Assembly (NCBI GenBank): GCA_040219255.1
Contig: JAVJSW010000077.1
Location: 1-64,000 of the forward strand
Source of the DNA: Sumerlaeia bacterium
Lineage (GTDB): Bacteria > Sumerlaeota > Sumerlaeia > SLMS01 > JAHLLQ01
Direction of reading: 5' to 3'
Length of the DNA stretch: 64,000 nt
How positions within the stretch are numbered: position 1 is the stretch's first letter; each line of letters starts with the position of its first letter. Under the pieces are notes generated by a model, which was given only the letters and a program-made list of their open reading frames with translations, made no database searches and was not told the origin of the DNA. The position numbers were made by a program, and so were the translations under genes. Positions 56,742 to 64,000 of the stretch are shown piece by piece.

Positions 56742-58366
56742 AGTTGACGGTGCCCTCGCTGGCACGCAATCATCACCCATCAGACGAGAGAAAGCGAACC
56801 CCCTCCGCGATGGCCCCTCGACGCCCGGCCCACCAAAGCACGGACTTCTTCGAAACCCCAGGTGCCCCCGGGCCGCCGCGGGGCTTTGAATGGAACGCCC
56901 TCGTCCGGCGGTTTCGCACGATCGGGCCCGCGGGACGTCGCCTTGGGCCTTCCTGGCTGCGCCTGATCCTGGGCGCCGCCCTCGCGCTGTCTTTCGCTGG
57001 AGCCATCTGGGTAGTCGCAACGTCCGCCACCCGCGAGCAAAACCGCGTGGAAGCCCAGGCCTCGGCCTGGCGCGATCAACTCGCCGGCCGGGCGATCCCC
57101 GCCTCGGCCCAGGCCTGGCTCACCGCCAACCCAGGCTCGAACGCCATGGACGCGATCCTGGACGAGGTCGAGGTCATCGAACGCTCCTTTTCGTCGAAAG
57201 GCGCCGGCGGAATCCGCAAGATCGAACTCGACTATCGCGAGTCCCTCAACAAAGACACCGCCTCCCTCATGCACATCGTCCGCGAGCAATTCGTCGCCGA
57301 GCAGGACCTCCTCCTTTTCGATCTGGCCCAGCCTGAATTCCTCGAGGTTCTCCGCGCGCACCGCGACGCCAACGCGAAGGTGCTCGACCGCATCGCGCAC
57401 TTCGGCGAGCGACACGAGGACGCCTGGAGCACCTGGGACATCGGCACCCGCAATCGCGAGCCCCGCGATTTCCAGGGCCGCCTCGACGTCCTCCTGCCTA
57501 TCCAAATGTACCTGGCGGTGGAGGAAGGCCGCCCCCAGGAAGCCCACGAAGCCCTCCTCGACTGGTGGGTCCTGCTCAAGGCCTTCCAGCGTCATCGCTC
57601 GCTCGAGAATGGCCGCACAGGCCTCTGGGGAGAATGGCACCTGTACGGCGAATTGCTCTGCCTGATGAAAGCCGCCCCGCCCTCCCGCCGGCAAACCGAA
57701 CGGTACCTCGCCCTTGTGCAGCCCGAGCGCACCCTGGAGGAATTCGCCCGCCTCGTGCGCGAAGATCGGCTCAACGCCGCCGCGATCCTTTGGAAAGAGC
57801 CCTGCCCCGTCGACCTGTCCCTCCGCCCGCGGCTTCAGGCCCACCTGGCGCAATGGGAGGCCCGCGGGCGGGAACGCGCTCTGGCGGAACTGCGCGGTGG
57901 CGCCGAGGGACTCGCCTACCTTTTGACTTACGAAAAGGCTCTCTGGGAAACACACGGGGCTGAAGACTGGGACAGTTTGACGCAAGAGTGGGAGAAGACC
58001 GCCTCCCCCTCCCGCACGGCGCCCGCCCAGTTGATTAGCCTCGCCACCCAATCCAGCGTCGATCCCATGCGCGAGGCCATCCACACACGGCGCATGGCCA
58101 ACAGCGGCTCGCTGGTGCGGGCCGCCCTGCTGCTGCGGCTCGCCGAATTGGACTCGCCGCCCGGCAGCCCCCCGCCCGCCAGCCTGAACGATTTGGCCCG
58201 CCGCCACGGCTTCCCGCCGCTCGTGGACTACTTGACCGCCGAGCCCCGCCAACCCCTGGAATACACCGCCGGGCGCCAGTCCTGGATGGTGCGCCACGCC
58301 CTCGATCCACTCGACGAGGAGGAGCCTCTGCTGGAAAACTCGGCGAGTTGGAATCCGGGGGCCTGA
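56738..58366 (+). CDS. Membrane-anchored helical hypothetical protein
   Basis: Long ORF coupled to the J-domain gene; single N-terminal TM. Confidence 0.6.
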   Translation: MKLTVPSLARNHHPSDERKRTPSAMAPRRPAHQSTDFFETPGAPGPPRGFEWNALVRRFRTIGPAGRRLGPSWLRLILGAALALSFAGAIWVVATSATREQNRVEAQASAWRDQLAGRAIPASAQAWLTANPGSNAMDAILDEVEVIERSFSSKGAGGIRKIELDYRESLNKDTASLMHIVREQFVAEQDLLLFDLAQPEFLEVLRAHRDANAKVLDRIAHFGERHEDAWSTWDIGTRNREPRDFQGRLDVLLPIQMYLAVEEGRPQEAHEALLDWWVLLKAFQRHRSLENGRTGLWGEWHLYGELLCLMKAAPPSRRQTERYLALVQPERTLEEFARLVREDRLNAAAILWKEPCPVDLSLRPRLQAHLAQWEARGRERALAELRGGAEGLAYLLTYEKALWETHGAEDWDSLTQEWEKTASPSRTAPAQLISLATQSSVDPMREAIHTRRMANSGSLVRAALLLRLAELDSPPGSPPPASLNDLARRHGFPPLVDYLTAEPRQPLEYTAGRQSWMVRHALDPLDEEEPLLENSASWNPGA

Positions 58367-58439
58367 GGGGCGCGATTGGCAAAAAAATTGTTCAAGGGGG
58401 TTGGGAAAGAAACGCTTGATCCAGACGCGCGGAGTATTC

Positions 58440-58460
58440 AAGAAAGATAACCATTATCAT
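58440..58460 (+). promoter_or_regulatory. Fur-family (Fur/Zur) operator
   Basis: AAGAAAGATAACCATTATC matches the 19-bp Fur box GATAATGATAATCATTATC at 15/19; palindrome GATAA-CCA-TTATC lies just before the RBS. Confidence 0.7.
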
Positions 58461-58477
58461 TTTCGGGAGATTCGCCC

Positions 58478-59431
58478 ATGGCAGGGTCCTCATCGGTCAT
58501 TGAAGTTGAAAATTTGGTGGTCGAATATGGGAAAGGCAATGCGTCCCACCGCGCCGTGAACGGCATTACCTTCGACGTGAAGGAAGGCGAATGCGTCGGA
58601 TTCATAGGTGCGAACGGCGCCGGCAAGTCCACCACCATGAAGTCCATTATGGGCTTCCTCTTTCCCACCTCGGGCAGCGTCCGTGTGTTCGGCGAGAAGG
58701 CGGGCACGGCCAAGAGCCGCGAACGCATCGGCTACTTGCCGGAAGTCGCCCTCTACTACCCGTTCATGAAAGCCCGCGAGCTGCTGATGCTCTACGGCGG
58801 CCTGAGCGGCATGAGCCGCGCCGACCTGAAAGCCCGCATTCCGGGCCTTCTCGAGAAGGTCGGCCTCGGCGGCAAAGACAACGTGCTGCTCAAGAATTTC
58901 TCGAAGGGCATGCAGCAGCGCCTCGGCATCGCCCAGTCTCTCATTTCCGAGCCCGACGCTCTGATTTTCGACGAACTGTCCAGCGGCCTGGACCCCCTTG
59001 GACGTCACGATCTGCGTCAGGTGCTGCTGGAACTGAAGCAGGCGGGCCGGACGATCTTCTTCAGCAGCCACGAACTCTCGGAAGTCGAGTCGCTCTGCGA
59101 CCGTGTCGTGATGATCCACAAGGGCCGAATCGTCACCGAAGCTCCCGTCAGCGAGTTGATGAAACCGCTCAACGAATTCGAGGTGGTGTACTCCGCCGCC
59201 GAAGGCGACGTCTCCCCCGCCGAATCGCTCGATGGCGTCACCGTGCTGCGGGACGGGGAAGTCCACCGCGCCATCGTGCGCGATCCGTCGGTTTACGCCA
59301 AAGTGCTGGAATCGCTGTCCACCGGCGGAGTCGGCATCCGCAGCACATCCTCGCGCACGCGGTCGCTGGAAGAGTATTTCATCGAACTCGTGTCGGAAGA
59401 AAACGCCGCCGCGGGAGGTGTGCAACGATGA
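58478..59431 (+). CDS. ABC ATP-binding protein (PilH/XapD-like)
   Basis: GANGAGKST, FSKGMQQR, FDELSSGLDP. Confidence 0.92.
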   Translation: MAGSSSVIEVENLVVEYGKGNASHRAVNGITFDVKEGECVGFIGANGAGKSTTMKSIMGFLFPTSGSVRVFGEKAGTAKSRERIGYLPEVALYYPFMKARELLMLYGGLSGMSRADLKARIPGLLEKVGLGGKDNVLLKNFSKGMQQRLGIAQSLISEPDALIFDELSSGLDPLGRHDLRQVLLELKQAGRTIFFSSHELSEVESLCDRVVMIHKGRIVTEAPVSELMKPLNEFEVVYSAAEGDVSPAESLDGVTVLRDGEVHRAIVRDPSVYAKVLESLSTGGVGIRSTSSRTRSLEEYFIELVSEENAAAGGVQR

Positions 59432-60240
59432 TACGCCCGATTTGGCTGATCGCGTCGGGCGTCCTCATCGAGGCCATCCGGCGCAAAGAAATTTATGTCC
59501 TGGTGCTGACGGCGACGCTGCTGATCGGCGCGGTGCTCACCGTCGATTTCTTCGACATCGAGGGCCTCAGCAAATTCTACCGGGAAATCGCCCTCAAGGT
59601 CATGTCCTACACCACGGCCCTCGCCGTGATCGTGCTGGCGGCGCGGCAACTGCCCCGGGAATTCGAGAAGCGCACCATCTATCCGCTTCTCGCCCGCCCC
59701 ATCAGCCGCTTCCAGTTCCTCCTCGGCAAGCTCTTCGGCGTCATGCTCTCCGCCATGTTCTGCTTTGCCCTCTTCATGGCGATTTACCTGCTCGGCTCGT
59801 GGTATCTCTCCCACGGCACGACGCAGGCCTACATCGGCGAGGAAACCACCGCCCTAAAAATGGCGATGCTGTTCCTCCAGTACGTTTACCTGCAAATCCT
59901 GATGCTGCTGATTCTGGCGACGATGAGTTTCTGGCTCTCGATGTTCCTGAACTTCGACGCCGCCGTGGCCATCGGCGCCATCCTCTTCATTTTCGCCTCC
60001 CTTTTCATGAGCGCCCTGTCCTACCTGTACGACTACACTTCGGCCATCGGCCAGTGGCTCCTGGTGGGCCTGACTTTTGGAATTCCCCAATTGTCTCTGT
60101 TCGACTTATCCGACAAGGCGGTCCACGCCTGGGATCCGCTGCCCTGGCAACCGGTCGCGGGCCTGACGGTTTACGCCCTGGTTTTCTCCGCCATTTTCTT
60201 CGGACTGGCGATGCTCCTGTTCCGCCGGAGGGCCATCTGA
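59428..60240 (+). CDS. ABC-2 permease (PilI-like)
   Basis: EAIRRK...REFEKRTIYPLLARPISRFQFLLGK. Confidence 0.85.
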   Translation: MIRPIWLIASGVLIEAIRRKEIYVLVLTATLLIGAVLTVDFFDIEGLSKFYREIALKVMSYTTALAVIVLAARQLPREFEKRTIYPLLARPISRFQFLLGKLFGVMLSAMFCFALFMAIYLLGSWYLSHGTTQAYIGEETTALKMAMLFLQYVYLQILMLLILATMSFWLSMFLNFDAAVAIGAILFIFASLFMSALSYLYDYTSAIGQWLLVGLTFGIPQLSLFDLSDKAVHAWDPLPWQPVAGLTVYALVFSAIFFGLAMLLFRRRAI

Positions 60241-60241
60241 C

Positions 60242-61033
60242 ATGACACCCGCGAATCGTTCCCTTTACTGGATTGGTTACGGCGTTTTCCTGGAATTGAT
60301 CCGCCGCAAGGACGCCTATGTGCTCCTGATCCTCATGAGCCTGTTCTTCCTCGGAACGGGCGTCATCGGCCTTGTCGGGATCGAGAACCAGGAGACCGGC
60401 ACCTTCCTGCTCAACCTGGGTCTGACGCTGGCCTACTACATGGCGCACCTGCTGCTGCTGATCTTGATCGTGCGGCAGATCCCCGACGAAATCGAAAACC
60501 GCACGGTCTATCCACTCTTGGCCAAACCGATGAGCCGCTCGCAGATGTTCCTCGGCAAGTGGATCGCCTGCACGTTGGGGGGCATCGTCAGCCTGCTGGT
60601 GCTCGGATTCCTAGGCTGGATTCCGGTGCCGAAGGGGGGCGCCTATAGCTGGCCCCTGCTCTTCCAGGGCCTCGTCCTGCTGATCTGCTCGCTGGCGATG
60701 CTGGCGGCCCTCGCCGGAGCCCTGTCGCTGCTCGTTCCCCGGGCGGTCGCGCTGGTCGGACTGGGCCTGTGGTTCGCTTTCGGATCGCAGGCCATCGTCT
60801 TCCTGCGCGCCCGCGCCGCCGACGGCGCCCCCGAATTCCTCGCGCGCTGGCTGACGGCTTATCTGCCCGATTTCGGCAAACTGAACCTGATCACCCGCTA
60901 TACCGACACGGTGGATCCCCAGGTCACCGCACTCGGCGTCGGCGAATTCGGCGGCCTGATCCTCTACGCGGCGATTTTCACCGCGCTGGCCCTGGTGGCG
61001 GGCGTCACGATTTTCAACAAGCGGCCCCTCTAA
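60242..61033 (+). CDS. ABC-2 permease (second paralogue)
   Basis: ELIRRK...EIENRTVYPLLAKPMSRSQMFLGK. Confidence 0.85.
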   Translation: MTPANRSLYWIGYGVFLELIRRKDAYVLLILMSLFFLGTGVIGLVGIENQETGTFLLNLGLTLAYYMAHLLLLILIVRQIPDEIENRTVYPLLAKPMSRSQMFLGKWIACTLGGIVSLLVLGFLGWIPVPKGGAYSWPLLFQGLVLLICSLAMLAALAGALSLLVPRAVALVGLGLWFAFGSQAIVFLRARAADGAPEFLARWLTAYLPDFGKLNLITRYTDTVDPQVTALGVGEFGGLILYAAIFTALALVAGVTIFNKRPL

Positions 61034-61079
61034 GCCTCAAACCCCGAGCGTTTCTTGAACGGGAAAGGTCGACACGACA

Positions 61080-62081
61080 ATGAGTGGAACCAAGCGAACG
61101 ACACTCCTTCTGGCGGTGGTGGCGGGGGCTTTCCTCCTGAGCCCGCTGCTGAGCCTGAATCTGAATCCGGATAACTACAAGGGCGGCGCCAGCCGCGACG
61201 AATTCGCCCGGCAGAAGCGCAACAGCAGCGCCGTATCCCAACTCCTCGGCGAATTCCGCACGAACATCAGCGACGTCCTCTTCATCAAGACCGAGCGCTA
61301 CCTGCACGGCGGCATCGCCTACGAAACCCACATGAGCGACTCGGACCTGAAAGGTCTGTCGGGGGAAACGGCGAAGCTCGAACAGCATCAGGCGGAGGTA
61401 GGGGTGGCCGATCACGAACACCACGACCACGAACACGAGGAGGAGATGAGCGCAACTCTGATCCGCCCGCCAAGCGCCGACTTCCGCGGTTTCATCGGCA
61501 GTTTGCAACGCGCCGTGAAACCCTGGCAGAACCCGGACAATCCCCACATCCACACCGATGGCACGGAACTTCTCCCCTGGTACCGCGCCATGACCACGAT
61601 GGACCCGCACAACGTGCGCGCCTACGCGATCGGCTCCTGGTGGCTCAAGACGCGCAACCCAGAGGAAGCCACCGCCTTCATTCGCGAAGGCGTGGAAAAC
61701 AACCCGGACGAATTCCAAGTCTGGAATACGTTGGGTAATATCCTCTACTATCGGGCGACTCGGGAACTACGCAAGGACGAACCAGACCGCGAGCACTACC
61801 GCGAGTTGATTCGCGAGGCACGCTCCGCCTTCGAAACCGCCGCTGGCCTGGGCCTCGACGCCCGGCCCAAAGGCGGTCCCACCGGCGAGAACATCCTCCT
61901 CTGGAACGATTATACCGAGGAAGATTTGCGCTCCGCCCTGCGCATGGCTGTCCTTCTAGAGGAGCGACACGCGGACCCGGCCGAGGCGCACCGTATGGCC
62001 GTGGAGTACGAGCGCCGCGTGGGCGGCGACGGTATTCTCCGGCGAATCATTGCCCGCACCGCACCCGATCAGGAAGAGTAA
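61080..62081 (+). CDS. Membrane-anchored TPR-like protein with His-rich insert (PilG/XapA-like)
   Basis: N-terminal TM; LLGEFR...YLHGG; DHEHHDHEHE; MDPHNVRAY...EA.AFIREG..NNPD. Confidence 0.7.
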   Translation: MSGTKRTTLLLAVVAGAFLLSPLLSLNLNPDNYKGGASRDEFARQKRNSSAVSQLLGEFRTNISDVLFIKTERYLHGGIAYETHMSDSDLKGLSGETAKLEQHQAEVGVADHEHHDHEHEEEMSATLIRPPSADFRGFIGSLQRAVKPWQNPDNPHIHTDGTELLPWYRAMTTMDPHNVRAYAIGSWWLKTRNPEEATAFIREGVENNPDEFQVWNTLGNILYYRATRELRKDEPDREHYRELIREARSAFETAAGLGLDARPKGGPTGENILLWNDYTEEDLRSALRMAVLLEERHADPAEAHRMAVEYERRVGGDGILRRIIARTAPDQEE

Positions 62082-62131
62082 GTATACCTCCCCGCACCCC
62101 CAACCGCCTACCATTCCAGGAGCCCCCCAAA

Positions 62132-62881
62132 ATGAAGCCCACCCGCAACTCGATCAAGACGACCCTGACCAGTTCCAGCCTGATCCTCGCCGCCGGAATC
62201 TTCGCGGCGTGTGGAGGGGGTGACTCCGTCTCGACGACAACCTCCACGACGACCAAGAAGCCGGCCGCGGCCTCGACCGAGAAAGCCGTGGAGTGGCCGG
62301 AATTGCGGCAATTCGACACCCTGCTCCACGAAGCCACCCACATCCTGCAAGATCACGGCGATGCGCGGGCGACTCTCTCCATCGCCGGAGACCTTTACGA
62401 CTCCGGGATAAAGGTCGCCACCGGGTCCGCACCCAAGGGCGCCGGCAACCCGCTGCAAATCGAAACCCTGCAAGCGGACATCGAGAGCGTCCTCGGTTCC
62501 CTCAAGGAAAACCCCACCGCCGAGGACATGGCCTCGGCGGTCCCGGCGCTGACGGCGCTGGTTCATGACCTGATGATCGCCGCCGAGCTTCCCCACACCC
62601 ACGACGATCATTCGCACGAGGGCCACGATCACGGCCACGACGACCACGATCACGCTCACTCGCACGACGGCGAAACCCATAGCCACGGGCACGAGGCCGA
62701 CGAGTCCTCGGAGCACAGCCACGAGGGCGAAGCCCACAGTCACGAGCACGAGCACGACGGCGAAGTCGACTCTCACGAACACAGCCACACCGAATCCGCC
62801 GACCACGACCATAGCCACGAGGACGCGGCACCCAGCACGGATCACGACCACGAGGATCACAGTGGCCACGATCATGACTGA
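62132..62881 (+). CDS. His-rich lipoprotein (putative metal-binding protein)
   Basis: Lipobox FAAC; about 30 His in the last ~95 aa. Confidence 0.8.
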   Translation: MKPTRNSIKTTLTSSSLILAAGIFAACGGGDSVSTTTSTTTKKPAAASTEKAVEWPELRQFDTLLHEATHILQDHGDARATLSIAGDLYDSGIKVATGSAPKGAGNPLQIETLQADIESVLGSLKENPTAEDMASAVPALTALVHDLMIAAELPHTHDDHSHEGHDHGHDDHDHAHSHDGETHSHGHEADESSEHSHEGEAHSHEHEHDGEVDSHEHSHTESADHDHSHEDAAPSTDHDHEDHSGHDHD

Positions 62882-63602
62882 TACGATGGCGCCCTTGACC
62901 GGCGACTGGGACATCGAAATCGACGGCCTGTCGATTTCCCTGGGCCGCAGCGGTTCCGACCAAGTGGTCTTCCACCTGCCGGAACTGCGCATCGCGCGGG
63001 GCGAGCGTTTTGCCCTCACGGGCCCGAGCGGTTGTGGTAAATCCACGCTGCTCAACGCCATCTCGGGTTTGGTGGCGCCCGATACGGGGACGCTGAAAGT
63101 GGCCGGGACGGACGTGAGCCGCCTCTCGAAAGCCCAGCTCGACGCCTTTCGCGGCGCCACCATCGGCTTCGTGTTCCAAAGCTTCAATCTCCTCGATTCC
63201 TTCTCCGCCCTTGAGAACGTGCTGATCGGCATGCGCTTCGGGCGCTCGGTGAAGAAGGCGGATCGGCGAGAGCGCGCCCGCTCGCTCCTCGACGAGGTCG
63301 GCCTCTCCCACCGCGTCCATGCCAAACCCGCCACCATGAGCGTTGGCGAGCGCCAGCGCATCGCCATCGCCCGCGCGCTAGCGAATCGGCCGAGGGTGCT
63401 CCTCGCGGATGAACCGACCGGATCGCTGGACCCGCAAACGGGTCAGGAAATCTTCGCTCTGATCCAGGAAGTCTGCGAAATCGAAGGCTGCACGCTGCTC
63501 TTCGTCACCCACGATCTCGAACTCGCAGCGCGTCTCCCCCGCCAATTCGACTGCCGCGGATTGATCCGCCACGAGGCGCTCAAGGATCGCGCCGCCGCAT
63601 GA
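62874..63602 (+). CDS. ABC ATP-binding protein (ZrgB/LolD-like)
   Basis: GPSGCGKST, MSVGERQR, LADEPTGSLD. Confidence 0.9.
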   Translation: MTDTMAPLTGDWDIEIDGLSISLGRSGSDQVVFHLPELRIARGERFALTGPSGCGKSTLLNAISGLVAPDTGTLKVAGTDVSRLSKAQLDAFRGATIGFVFQSFNLLDSFSALENVLIGMRFGRSVKKADRRERARSLLDEVGLSHRVHAKPATMSVGERQRIAIARALANRPRVLLADEPTGSLDPQTGQEIFALIQEVCEIEGCTLLFVTHDLELAARLPRQFDCRGLIRHEALKDRAAA

Positions 63603-64000
63603 ACCTTTGGACCATTGCCAATCGCTATTGTCTCAGCCGCCCGCTGGTGACCCTTCTCACGGTGCTCGGCGTGGCGCTGGGGGCGGCGCTGATTTCCAGC
63701 GTCCTGACCCTGCGCCGGGAAACCGAATCGACCTTTATCGAGCAAAGCAGTGACTTCGACCTTGTCGTCGGCGCCAAGGGCAGCCCGCTTCAACTTGTCC
63801 TTAGCAGCCTCTACCACCTCGACGTCCCGACCGGCAACATCGGCTATCCGCAGCTCGAACGCCTGCGCGCCGACTCCCGAGTCACCGCCGCCGTTCCCTT
63901 CGGCCTCGGCGATAACCTGCAGGGCTTCCGCATTGTGGGGACAGACCTTTCCCTGTTCGACGTGCAGCGCCGCCTGCGCGAAGGCGATCCGGTGGCGATT
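63599..64000 (+). CDS. MacB/FtsX-type ABC permease (ZrgC-like), truncated by window end
   Basis: ATG at 63599 reads MNLWTIA...DLVVGAKGSPLQLVLSSLYH...AVPFGLGD...GFRIVGT with no stop before the window end. Confidence 0.85.
   Translation, partial: MNLWTIANRYCLSRPLVTLLTVLGVALGAALISSVLTLRRETESTFIEQSSDFDLVVGAKGSPLQLVLSSLYHLDVPTGNIGYPQLERLRADSRVTAAVPFGLGDNLQGFRIVGTDLSLFDVQRRLREGDPVAI

Noticed and set aside
58377-58391. Sigma-54 promoter (TGGCA...TTGT)
   Set aside because: The -12 dinucleotide is GT rather than the near-invariant GC.

Overview
High-GC bacterial chromosomal segment. It is probably Candidatus Sumerlaeota (BRC1) or a PVC-like lineage; this is inferred from the C-terminal 'V-x-x-W-x-x-Y' and dockerin-like tails on secreted proteins and from the prepilin-type protein. 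Housekeeping genes are corA, queG, dapF, sppA, accD, lysC, an RluA-family enzyme, recN and tRNA-Pro(GGG). Four accessory blocks stand out. (1) A lower-GC operon at 17.7-20.7 kb encodes a frameshifted secreted Cys-rich peptide, a LolA-like membrane-tethered protein (paralogue at 15.3-16.6 kb) and a DUF1573/PapD-like Ig protein. (2) A 6.1-kb element integrated in tRNA-Pro between 51-bp att repeats carries a tyrosine integrase, a serine recombinase, an HNH nuclease, a Rep-like gene with internal palindromic iterons and one membrane cargo gene. (3) A surface-glycan locus at 36-53 kb has an O-antigen-ligase/GT87 fusion, a second ligase, two GT4 paralogues, an MsbA-like flippase, a methyltransferase and a large modular glycoside hydrolase. 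(4) An operon at 58.5-64 kb, preceded by a Fur/Zur-type box, joins a PilGHI/Xap-like ABC module to a His-rich lipoprotein and a ZrgBC-like ABC transporter. Several pseudo-enzymes are visible: an ATP-site-dead hybrid kinase, a Cys-less LMW-PTP/J-domain fusion and a permuted Ser-less ACP. All family calls come from manual motif reading; no database search was run.
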